Source: Botryllus schlosseri
Lineage: Eukaryota
Length of the DNA: 64,000 nucleotides
Reading direction: 5' to 3'
Assembly: GCA_051294905.1 (NCBI GenBank)
Contig: CM119374.1
Location: forward strand, 19,592,001 to 19,656,000
Both the position numbers and the translations under genes were made by a program. Shown here piece after piece: positions 1-10,880 of the stretch. Position 1 is the stretch's first letter. Each line of letters starts with the position of its first letter. The notes under the pieces are model-generated. The model was not told the origin of the DNA. It saw only the letters and a program-made list of their open reading frames with translations, and did no database searches.

Positions 1-183
1 ACGGTAAAAGTAGAACTAGAACTGCTATAAAGCGGTTGGTATTGGTATATATTGGTATTTTGTACAAGTCTTTACACATGCATATGATTTCTCTCGATAT
101 ACAAGTACTGTACTTCCAGAGGCCTTTTCCAATTTATTGGCAGTGCAACGCAATGTAATAATATATACCATCGCTTTCTCAAG

Positions 184-372
184 AGTCCAGATGTGTTCGA
201 CATCGGTAACACGACCGCGCCAGCCGCGGAACCTTTAGCGACCAGGCAACATTTGACGCTGGAGGAGAAGCAAAAGCTAGCCAGGGCCAACGAAGCCGAG
301 TATCGAATGAAGCAGCAAGGCGAGCTGAAACCCAAGCAATTGCACAGCGCCGGCGGCGCGAAAAAGGGTCAG
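184..372 (+). CDS. SCYL2: SCY1-like pseudokinase 2 (SCYL2/CVAK104), penultimate coding exon
   Basis: Translates to SPDVFDIG...HLTLEEKQKLARANEAEYRMKQQGELKPKQ...KKGQ, matching the remembered vertebrate SCYL2 motif SLTLEEKQKLAKEQEQAQKLKSQQPLKPQ. Acceptor ctttctcaag at 183 (alternative ccag at 190); phase-0 donor CAG|gtgtgt at 372/373. Confidence 0.85.
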
Positions 373-866
373 GTGTGTATTGTTTGATGACAGGTTGAAA
401 AGTTTTGAAAACGTGGTTTGCATCACTTTTTCCGATGATGCCGCAATGAGAACCGCGCGAAATGCGGCCCACGTATCGCGGTAACGGAACATATTTTCGA
501 AAATCCCACCTGTAAGTGGGATTTCAGGAGTAGCCACACCCACATCCGATTAACCACTCGCAGTGTAGAGATTCCTAAGGAATTTTGACTTTTACTTGTA
601 ATTTTGTGGAAATTTACGGCTCCGCTAATTGAGTAGCAACGCTGACTACTTCTACATGTGATTGAGTAGAAATTTAACGCTCTACTTCTACTTGAGATAC
701 TTTAATTGTCACTGAGTAGATATTTAAGGCGTTACTTCTCCTTCTACCCGAAAAGCAACCTTGACTACTTTGATAATTTCTGCATGCGATGAATCGCCGT
801 TAGTCTTGCCTGAGATAGGTAATCTCGTCGGGAGTTTAAACCGGGAATCTTTCTGTATACTTGCAG

Positions 867-1394
867 CCCAAGGACTTAACGTCGACTCTGATGCAAAACA
901 ACCCGTCCGCGATGTCGCCAGGTTCAAATATCATGGCGTCCAGACCTATGAACAATTCCTCATTTTCTCCGAACAATTCATTCATAAAACCCTCGAATGC
1001 GTCGAACCGATCAATCTCAAGTTTCGCGAGCAATCCGCAATCGCAATTTTCAACTATGTCCATGTCAAACGGCACAGGCTTTAACGGGGCTACGCAAACT
1101 GGGTACGCCGGGCAATCGTGGAACACGGGCTTCCCGCGACAGCCGAATTCATCTTTGGACAGTCTCATGTCTATGCCTTCTCACTCAAAACCTTCTATGA
1201 ATGCGATGCAAAGTATCCCCGGCGCACAACGCTTTGGCATGCCACCGACAATTCAAAGGCCGCCCGGTATGAATCCCGCTAGCGCGTTTAATAACGCTAA
1301 CCCTTTCACGCAGCCTCCGCCTATGACTGCTCAAAATCAAGGTAAACCCACTGGCAATTTGAGCCAACAAGATTTACTAGACTTTTTAGGATGA
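867..1394 (+). CDS. SCYL2: SCYL2 terminal coding exon (low-complexity S/N/P/M/Q-rich tail)
   Basis: Acceptor tctttctgtatacttgcag| at 866, phase 0, in frame with the previous exon. Starts PKDLTSTLM (vertebrate TKDLTDTLM) and ends QDLLDFLG-stop (vertebrate NDLKDLFG); TGA at 1392-1394. Confidence 0.88.
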   Translation, partial: PKDLTSTLMQNNPSAMSPGSNIMASRPMNNSSFSPNNSFIKPSNASNRSISSFASNPQSQFSTMSMSNGTGFNGATQTGYAGQSWNTGFPRQPNSSLDSLMSMPSHSKPSMNAMQSIPGAQRFGMPPTIQRPPGMNPASAFNNANPFTQPPPMTAQNQGKPTGNLSQQDLLDFLG

Positions 1395-1417
1395 AGCCTC
1401 GACTTGAGCCTGCAGAA

Positions 1418-1423
1418 AATAAA
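1418..1423 (+). promoter_or_regulatory. Candidate polyadenylation signal AATAAA of SCYL2
   Basis: AATAAA 24 nt after the stop codon; use is not demonstrated. Confidence 0.4.
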
Positions 1424-2750
1424 GTGATCGCCTTACCGTTCAACGCATTGTGACGCCATGCAAACGACGTTGCGGTATTGTTTCGTGTCAAATATGGAAC
1501 CGCGACAAACAATATCTTCACATTACCGAATAGGAATTAAAATGGAATACGTTTGGAGATATGATAATATCGTTTATGGCGATAACATATTGAAAATCAC
1601 AGGTCCTATAATTTGTCACCGATGTTGACCGCTGGCAATATACGACTGGTGATGTGAATCCTTCAACGAACATATTAGGACGCGATGTTGAGGTTTCGTA
1701 CCTCCTGAAGCCTATTTTAATATGGATCGCGGACCGTATCTGTATCGTGTCTGGTGCTGGAAGTTTTGTATAGGTTAACCTACCGAATGCACTTTTTCGC
1801 TTCTGTAACGATATAATTGCCGGAATAGGTTTGCAAGAGTAATTTTTCGAACTCTATATTTGGCTCTGCGGTCGGCTGTATAAAACTAAACGCGCATCGT
1901 TACTTCACAACATCCGTTCCGAGAATACGTTCCTTACAGACTTATCAGGTGTCTCTTATCAGGAGTTATTGGCCTATTTTATGATTCAATCAGTTTCAAA
2001 AGTAACAATTAGTATTGCTTTATTCACGCAACTTATATTAAGTTACTGTTTAATATCAAATCTATATACTTGAAGAATTGCTTTCAGGGTTCATGTCCGA
2101 CCTCTTCATGTATTGCGTATTCGTTCGCATGTGCTTTTACTGTGGTCAGATGTGTAGCGTTTCTTGAATACCCGACTTTTTGCGGTATGTTAATCACAAC
2201 AGCCTGCCGTGTACAAATGCCCGGATGTCAACCAAATACGTTGGTAAGTGTGCTGCGCTAGGTAAATCGCTACCATCCGGAACCACGCGGGGGCCTTGTA
2301 TCATGTAACGTGGAAGCACGGCACGCGATTTCAATTAAAAATCGCTGTATTCGCTTTGCTTTTACTGAATTACTTTATGCCTGATGTTGGCTTATTGCCG
2401 TTCTCGGTCACGTTGCTTTACTTCCGTGCAATAAACAGAAACTTGTCGAAGATGGTGCTACACACGGTCAGGTTTTGTATGGAGGTGTTGTAAAATATGC
2501 GTATCTGAGCTAGCTGAAGAGTGGCCGAGAACATGTGGTGATGTACTGTGAGTTAAACGATGTACAATTGTACAATATAGGCTGCCTACTTATTCCGTTT
2601 TTGATACATTTTGTGTCGCAGCAAAGGTAGCGGAGTCGTTGGAAGCAGAGATGAGCATGGATTTGTATTGGGATTTGTGAAATTTTGTTCGATTAGGATT
2701 TCAGATTTCTTTTTGAACGAATTAGGATTGGAATTGCCGATTTTCCGGGG

Positions 2751-2988
2751 GGAGAGAGAGAGAGAAGATCAAGATGCTTTTGACGACGGAGACGCGGTAT
2801 GATCGTAAGGTCATCTAGTCAGCACCCCCGTTTTTCCCTCCATGCTATCCGTGGATGCTGAGCGACTAGCTCCCTATAGCAGGATAGCTGCGGATACCAG
2901 TTTTAGAGCCTTTGGTCTGACCCGGCCGGAGATCGAACCCACGATACACCGATCAAGCAACCGGACTGATCATTACACTATCTTGCTC
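2751..2988 (-). mobile_element. tRNA-derived SINE (family 1) nested in the MITE
   Basis: On the - strand: A-box-like TAGTGTAATGA, B-box GGTTCGATCTCC, core GGGTCAGACCAAAGGCTCTAAAACTGGTATCC, and a (TC)n tail. Confidence 0.7.
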
Positions 2989-2989
2989 A

Positions 2990-3313
2990 GATAAATTGAT
3001 TGATGTTGTCTGGCGAATTGTACAGTTACTTCATGTACTTTGACACTCATTATGCTTTTTATTTCGTTTTACATAACTTTTGGCATAAGATGTAGGCTTC
3101 TAAGAGGAATTCTAAGTTTATATCGGATTAGGATAAGGATAGGAATATATTGGATAAATTGATTGATGTTGTGTGGCGAATTGTACAGTTACTTCATGTA
3201 CTTTGACACTCATTATGCTTTTTATTTCGTTTTACATAATTTTAGGCATAAGATGTAGGCTTTCTGAGAGGAAATCTTAGTTTATATCGGATTAGGATAA
3301 GGATTGGAATATA
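2990..3313. repeat. Tandem duplication, two ~161-bp copies (period 163)
   Basis: 2990-3150 and 3153-3313 are near-identical, both starting gataaattgattgatgttgt and ending ggaatata. Confidence 0.92.
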
Positions 3314-3879
3314 CAAAATTTATGGATTAGGACTACAGGATTAGGATTTGAAGCTTCGGATTTGGATTGGATTAGGACATAAAAAATTCAAATACGCTCA
3401 TCTCTGGTAGGAAGCCGAGTCGAAAATTAGACCTATTTATATAGGCCTACTTACATCTTACCCGTGTTGGGATCCAGTCACCACAAGATTTTGACTCATG
3501 TCAATTCACTTCAAAAATAATTCTCGTGAAGTCACCCGAATTCAGAGAGTGACTCGACTCAATGAAAGTCGGCCAGCATTACTATATTAGATGCCTTTTT
3601 GCAACAGAACGGGCTGAAAAAATATGACTTTGGTAATACAACCGAGAGAGAAAAATTTGAATCTCGCGACTGTCGAACCCTATAGAATTTTATTTCACAG
3701 TGTAGCTGTTAGTTGTCATAGTGACGACGTCACTTCACAACCAAGAAATAAACCACACAGCGTATTTTATCGACTGCGCCACGGAATCAAGCTATTGATG
3801 TTCCGGACAAAATAGACAGTTTGTATGACCTTCCATAGTCTATATCGAAAACTCATTCGATGTGCGTCCTTGTTGAAAC

Positions 3880-4138
3880 CAGGGATATCTAGACTTAGGG
3901 ATTGAACACTCTTTTTAGCTCGGGCTAAATTCAAATTATATGCGATGTCTGCTGTCTGCACTTTCCTCCGCTACCTACTGCTGCCCACGATTACTCCTGT
4001 ATTATAATATTTTCTACGTTGAAAATTGCTATGCTTCTGCGGCTCAACTCCCGTTCGATAACATTATCCTCATATCGTTAATTGAGTGCGCGGTCACATG
4101 ACTAGTTATCAATGCCGGAGTTTAGCTAGATATCCCTG
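3880..4138. mobile_element. Old hAT-type MITE with CAGGGATATCTAG TIRs
   Basis: Perfect inverted repeat accagggatatctag / ctagatatccctggt; degenerate 8-bp TSD gttgaaac / gtagaaat (6/8). Confidence 0.6.
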
Positions 4139-4556
4139 GTAGAAATATGTCCGTCCTAATCTAAATAGTAGAGAGATATGCATAACCTTGGTAAAAGCGT
4201 CTTCATTTGAAATTTGAAAAGTCGTCGGTATCGTATAATCCACTGGAGTAGCCTATATGAGTTGAAGTTGGAAGCCAGTTCATTCACCATGTATTCCGTG
4301 TACTCTATATTTCGCAAAAGAAATACTAAAATTGCATCTTCTTAACTCTCCTCTCAAGTCTTCTCTGCTATTTGCTTAATCCCATCTATACATAGGCAAT
4401 TGAGCTTAGCGAGGACGTGTTTTTGTTCAACGATGTCATCTGTTAGCAATGCTGTCTTGACTTCCCTATCCATTACGATTGCGAAGCAGTGAAAACAAAT
4501 GACGTTACAATGCAGTCGCGAATTTGAAATGGTATGGATATTTATGGTTTATAGCC

Positions 4557-5505
4557 TAGGCTTACCATATTTTGGAAATCTAAAAAGAGGACACTTTTTC
4601 AGAAATTTGAGACTTGCAAAACCGGAGAAGAAATCTCAAAAGCCGGTGAATTTTTCCCACTTCGTGATCGGTTGACTAAAAAAAAGGTCATCTTTCCGCT
4701 CAGAGCTCAAAATACCGTTTTCTCTCCTCATTGCTAGGTGGATGACTAAAAAAAAGGTCATCTTTCCGCTCAGAGCTAAAATCACCGTTTTTCACTCCGC
4801 AATACCCGCTTCTGTGCTAATTTACGGCATATCACTCGCAATTTGCTCTAAATCTGACCTAAATTTTCAAATATGAGGACAAAATCTCAAAAAAGTGGAC
4901 AAACGGGCGTCCTCCGAGGACACTTTCAAAAAAGTCAAAAAAGAGGACAAATCCTCTTAAAAGAGGACGTATGGTAACCCTTAGGGCTGGGCAAAATCGA
5001 GTACCTGAGTGATTCGATTCTGAATCACGTAATATGCTTCGAGTCGAGTCGAGTAATCGAGTATCACTCATTATGACGTCACAACAGGATGTACTATGTC
5101 GAAGTCCAAATATGAACCTTTTATGCCACCACAAAGAACGTAATGCCTGTTATCCATCACATTAAAGATACTTTGGTATTTTTTCGACCATACCGATTTC
5201 ATTGCACTTCTTAACAATTTTGTTGGATGATAATGACTTCGGAAATGTGTTATTTCCAGTAACGTTCGTAGCTTTAAACTGTGCCTGGTATGCTCAAACA
5301 CGGCCAATCAAGGTTTCACGGCTTCCTCAGTGGAAAATAGTATCAAAACTATAATTCTCGTCAGTAAATTAACTTTCAGTTGCGAGGACCGTATAATTTC
5401 AGTACTCGAAAAAATCGTCTTTTACTACTCGACTCAAATCATTATAATTACTACTCGATTCAGATTCGAGTAATCGAATCATTTTGCCCAGCCCTAGTAA
5501 CCCTA
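4557..5505. mobile_element. hAT MITE (TAGGGTTACCATA-type TIR), interrupted in its right TIR
   Basis: Left end taggcttaccata; right end tatggtaacccta once the inner element is removed. Perfect 8-bp TSD TTATAGCC (4549-4556, 5506-5513). Internal 70-bp-period duplication at 4674-4795. Confidence 0.85.
4982..5496. mobile_element. hAT MITE family A (TAGGGCTGGGCAAAAT TIR), copy 1
   Basis: 16-bp TIR; perfect 8-bp TSD GTAACCCT (4974-4981, 5497-5504); TCGAG-rich subterminal repeats; second copy at 33618-34142. Confidence 0.92.
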
Positions 5506-8500
5506 TTATAGCCGGAACCGGAATAACGTGATGTTCCTAGCAAATTTCCCGAGAATCAGCTTAAATTTTTGAGGTACAAGGTTTATCTTAGTTCTCACAT
5601 TATATACTTACCGCAAGATGGCGATATGTAGTAGATAGCTCTTGAGTTGGCTGTCCAATACTAGGAGTTAACCCAAGATGGTTTTGGAAGTATGCGAAAA
5701 GAAGATACTGACACATTTTTTCTTCCTTTTTCTTCTTCAGTGGTGGGTGATTGCTTGCGCTAAGCTAGGGAATGACAGATTGATTTTGGCACGTCTTTGT
5801 GATTCATATGACTAACATGCATGGTGCGATTCTCGCGATGAAGAGGTCTCGACAGCATGACCACGCACGGCCAAGTTAGGTTGCTGAATGCTGATTAGTG
5901 ATTAATCTGTCTGTACGACTATGCTCCAATGGATTGACGCCAGGTATACACACCTAGGCGCCAAAGCCACCGATACCACCCAAAATGAGAAATGACCTCC
6001 ACAATTGAAAATCTTCAGCCATGAAGCCGGCTCATTTGTAGTGCATTTCGAGAAAGATTATCTACGCCCCAGGTAACGGTTAACTTTCAACATTGAAGTG
6101 TTGTCGCTACTAAAACGAATTCCTCATTCATTTCCTTGTAATTATTTGAATTGGGAATGACGTAACGACCTTTTCAATTACTTTACGCAATTTCGGACGA
6201 ATTGTTAGGTTATTATATGACCTTGAGTCTATGATGGCTAACTGCGACTTTTACAACCACCAGTGCCGGTTCGTGCTTGACGTAACTTAATCCAGCACTG
6301 AGAAATCTTCTTGAAATGGGTAATATGGCACTCAAGAGTCTCCGTCCTGTTTATGCTACGGAAATCGTTAGGTGCGTACTGCGTAGGCTTAATACACATG
6401 TCCGCGTTTGTTTAACAATTCCAAAAAGATCATCAAATTTGTGTATACAAGATGTGTATACTAGATCAATTGATAACTGCATGCGAGTGAAAAACAACGG
6501 AAATTTGGAGATCAAGTCCCTGATTGAGTACATTACTTTTTTGACTCAAGTCACGTGCTGTGAAGTGAGATTAACGATAAGCCACGGAATGTTGAGTGCA
6601 TAAAACAACAAAGTATAACCTTATCACTGCTCTGGGAGATATATCATCCGTACTACTAATGATTAGATGCAGTGTTTCCAGTTTTGGATATTCTGATATA
6701 TTCGGGTATAATTTAGGATAAAATGTATTATATCATTAGTGTGTGTTCATTTATTCAAATCTTCATTCAATTGCGCAGTGTAGCACATTGATACTGTGTA
6801 TATATATTTTCCATTTTCAATATTCCAATATTTCTGTCCCCTTATAACTATCAAATATGGATTGCTCTCGTCAACTACTAATTTAATCCAAGCAAACTTG
6901 GTACATTTGTGGCAATTGGAGGCAAACTTCAAATCAGGCTGTGCTCTCTTTGTAATCTTTTCTCCCGGATTAAGATTACGATACCCATTTCGTCTTGTTC
7001 GTCAGGTCGTCGCTTTATAATGGAGCCCTTTGCAATGGGTCAACACCGCAGATAAGTTTAATTAATTATCAAACACATTCGCGTGATGGAAGAAAAAGAG
7101 GTTATGTATTTTCTCCCAAAGGACTTTCAAAATTGAGCTGTTTCAATAAACTTGTACAAATAACTTATTTGGTATGTTGCAAAGGTCAGTGAATATGTTA
7201 TCCTACCGCTGCGCAGCTATGTATGTCAAGTAGCGTTATATTTTATGCAAATCTGATGTATTTGTTGCCAAGCTGTGATATACCCTAACAGCCTTGAGAT
7301 GTGATTAAACCGATAAAACAAGCCATTGACATGTTCTGGGCTTGAAGGAACGTCATGAATACCATTGAATTATCTGAACAGGATAGAAAATTTAAACACT
7401 TTCAATTCAAAGATAAGGCACAGGCGATGACACCTTTAAATCGCGCATTGTGCTGGTCAGCTAGGCACTTTCAATTTCGAAATCAACTACCGACGACCTG
7501 GTCTACTACTCTGCTGGCTGAAAGCAGCAATCATGTAATGGCATTGTCATCTGTTTTTACACTTTGCCATTCTCTCGACAGAAAATAAACGAGGAAGCCG
7601 CATTAAAATGTCGGTCTCACAAAATCGTTTGTCTGATCTGGTTGTTTAAATTCCGTATGGAAAAATATCAATAATTGTATTTACAGAACGTTATAGCTCC
7701 TTATTACATCACCAAAATTTCCCGTTCAACCGACGTCAAGCATGATATGTGCAATGTACATTCTGTATATTGTGGTAAACCTATTTATTGTATTGATGCT
7801 CGCTGTTACATGTCAGTTCGTGCCGTGATTCCCGGCCTATTGAATATTTCGCTTGTTTTCTTCCTCAACCATTAAAATGCGTCTGAGAATGTTAAGAGGT
7901 TGTCTTGCTGATTAGAATGGAATTTCGTTTGTCCTGGAGCTCATCTTTATCATCAGAACGAAATACACATTCACCTAGTATAACAAAGCTGATATGTCAA
8001 TATGTACCATGTTCCCCAACAATGTTTTGTGGCATCTTTGCGATGGCATTCGTAGTACTGGTTGACTCAAGTGTTTCTTCAAACACAAAGACTTTCCCAC
8101 GAAGGCCGGCAAGCTGGAATACTGCGTGCCTAGGTGTTCTGCGGCCGGTAACTTTAGAACGGACGTTTTTACTGCAAATGCAAATTTTCTATTATCCTTC
8201 ATATGGCTCCTTTCAGGCATTACAGTTTTATGAATTGTGATACTGCTTTACGAGATCCTTGACGGTCCCATGGAACGTCCGAAACATGTGTTTCGTTCAA
8301 CAAAAATACAAGCAAAAATTTTGATCAAACCCATTTTTATGCTGACCAAAAGTCAAAAATCTACTTTCGTGACTAAATACGTTTCAAAATATAAGCATTC
8401 CCTTTCTGTCGCCTATTGGTGTATTTATTATACACATTTCCCCCCACTTTTTAAAATGATAGACTAAACGGGAGTAATCATTGACATCGATATAAATTGC

Positions 8501-9527
8501 TGCGTAAATTTCGATACAAAAATTAGTCATTTATAGATTCAGAACACGGATCGACATCATTTAGCACAACAATGTGACGTCGTGATGCGTTGTAATCCGA
8601 AGTTGAAGTGATGGACCATTTGGTAGGCATCGTATCCATGCCACCTAAGAACATAATTTGTGAGCATAAGTATTTGCTGAAATGTTGTTGCATCAAAATG
8701 TAGGCATATATTCCGGGGTCACCCTAAGGGCGACGAGAAAATAATGATTCTATGTACCACGAAAGGCCACTCGTCTCCATATATTTGGATTTACAGATGT
8801 CTCCGGAATGTGACTAGAGTTCCCGGAAATTCTCCAACACACTGCTGGTTCCAAGAGCAAAGTCCGGTATACTCAGGTTTATGTAACTGAGTATAGTTAA
8901 TCAATCATTCTAATATTAGTACCTCGCTCTTATTTCGAGACAACCAATAAGGGTGCTTGTATACGTGCAAGATAGTATGAACAAACCTCGCAGCAAACTC
9001 GAGATGTATTTATAGTCCGTAATCAAACACATGGTCTATATTAGGGTGGAGTGAAAATGACTTTTTTTTTTCAAATCAAAAAAGGCCTTCCTCAATCCCG
9101 ACAAATGACCTAAAACTTCAATTAAAAGTGACTTCAGGGTGTTGCCCCCATTTTCCAGCCGGCAACCCCCCAATTTCTGCGCGTGGGGGGGTAAAATGGC
9201 CCATCTCGGCAACCGCTGGTCGTAGAGTCATGATATATAGCTCAAAATCTGCGGAAGCATCAGGTTTCTATCTGTCTTCTGAAGAAAGTTTTCTCTATTG
9301 TGAACACAAAATGAGTTATAGCCAAAAAACTATATATACGCACATTTTTGTTGAAATTCAGCATTTATTCTGACGAATTGTGATCTGTCATTAGTTTTTT
9401 TTTTGAAGTAAAGTAACACAGTGGCAATACCAAATATTGGGCCCATATTACAAATATATTCACAACACAGTCCGTTTAAAATCGGTTCAAAACATCATAA
9501 TGAAACACTCACATTTAACGACTTTTA

Positions 9528-10460
9528 TTAAAAATGCATTCTTTTGTCAAGTTTTTTCATCAGTTTACGAGACTTAATTTTTCGGCGAATGAGGCCATCT
9601 CGTCTTTGAAATCCCGAAACTAGTGCTGATGCTTCTGTTACGGGCTTTATATGGCGTTCCACTGTTTGATTGTGGCATGGATGAAACAAATTCAGAGGCT
9701 TTTCGCGGCATTCTTTTAACTCTGCATCAGTTAAGTGCTCAATCGTTGGAGGAAGTTGTTGATAAGGTTCAATATCAACCAATTCGTGGTATGCCTAGGC
9801 TTTGGGACACAGAATAAACGAATAGGACCCCAGTTCAATTGGTTGGAACTGCTATGACTTTCAATGTCCACAAGTGAATTTTATTCGGCGGCATGTTTTC
9901 GAAACGCAAGCACCTTGGTCACACCCTTATTTCGTATGTCTTCATTATCATCTACCAGCATTGCAATCATAATATTTTCGGGGTGTGCGGAATAACCGTT
10001 TCTTATCACCACATTCGGAGCAATTTTTCGAACGTTTCGGTCAGAGAAATTCAAAACCTGTTTAATCAAGTTGTGGATGTTTCTGGGTCCATGTGTTATA
10101 TGTTTGTTTCCCTTGATCGCAAACCAAGTTGGAAAATATACTTCAAGGCAAAAACGAACCAGAATCTCCAGGTTTAAAGGCGGTTCATTAACTCTTACAT
10201 AATACCGTAAAACTCTGCACTGCATCCTAAAGTTAGCCATCTTGAATGCGCAACCGGTGGTCCAACCTCCAAGTAAGCCAGATCATCATCAGCATTTCCT
10301 TGAATAATTGCCCAGCACATTTATAAGCATATACCTGGTCCTTACTTAAGTCACTAACAATTTCCTATGGGAGCTTTTGAAAGGCCATAAGTGGTGGCGA
10401 GAGCTTTTTGAATTGAGTAACTGGCCAACAAGATACACTTCCACGTAGTTTTTTTCAATT
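9528..10460 (-). pseudogene. C-terminal part of a hAT-like (hATm-type) transposase, with frameshifts and stops
   Basis: Motifs in order on the - strand: DLSKDQVYAY, HSRWLT, RVLRYYV, VYFPTWFAIK, NGYSAHPENIMIAML, PCHNQTVERHIKPVTEAS...RDGLIR. These match remembered consensus motifs of this transposase group. Confidence 0.8.
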
Positions 10461-10461
10461 G

Positions 10462-10880
10462 GGTGTGACCAAGGTGCTGGCGATTCGAAAACATGCCGCT
10501 GAATAAAATTCACTCCTGGACATTGAGAGTCATAGCGGTTCCAACCAATTGAACTGCGGTCCTGTTCGTTTATTCTGCGTCTCAAAGTTGAACTTGGAAG
10601 CAAAGGTATACCACGAGTTGGTTGATATTGAACCTTATATCAACAACTTTCTCCAGCGATTGAGCACTTAACTGATGCAGAGTTAGAAGAATGCCGCGAG
10701 AAGCCTCTGATTTTGTTTCATCCATGCCGCAATCAAACAGTGCATGGAACATCATGTAAAGCTCGTAACAGAAGCATCAGGACACGTTTCGGGATTTCAA
10801 AGACGAGATGGCCTCATTCGCCGAAAAATTAAGTCTCGTAAACTGATGAAAAAAGTTGACAAAAGAATGCATTTTTATAT
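10462..10880 (+). pseudogene. Second, inverted copy of the transposase C-terminus
   Basis: GVTKVLAIRKHAAE*...VRLFCVSKLNLEAKVYHELVD..., followed by a frameshifted copy of the PCHNQTVER/VTEAS/RDGLIR segment on the + strand. Confidence 0.8.

Larger units (their letters stand above)
2646..3406. mobile_element. Non-autonomous hAT element (MITE) with CAGAGATGAGC TIRs
   Basis: 11-bp TIR CAGAGATGAGC...GCTCATCTCTG; 8-bp TSD gttggaag (2638-2645) / gtaggaag (3407-3414), one mismatch; GGATTAG-type subterminal repeats. Confidence 0.8.

Noticed and set aside
600-770. CTACTTGAG(T)A / GAGTAG motif cluster, also near 21280-21740 and 60320
   Set aside because: Probably a decayed repeat, but no termini or TSD can be defined.
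5610-6075. Assorted splice-like signals on both strands giving short open exons
   Set aside because: The readings conflict with each other and none extends to a coherent gene.
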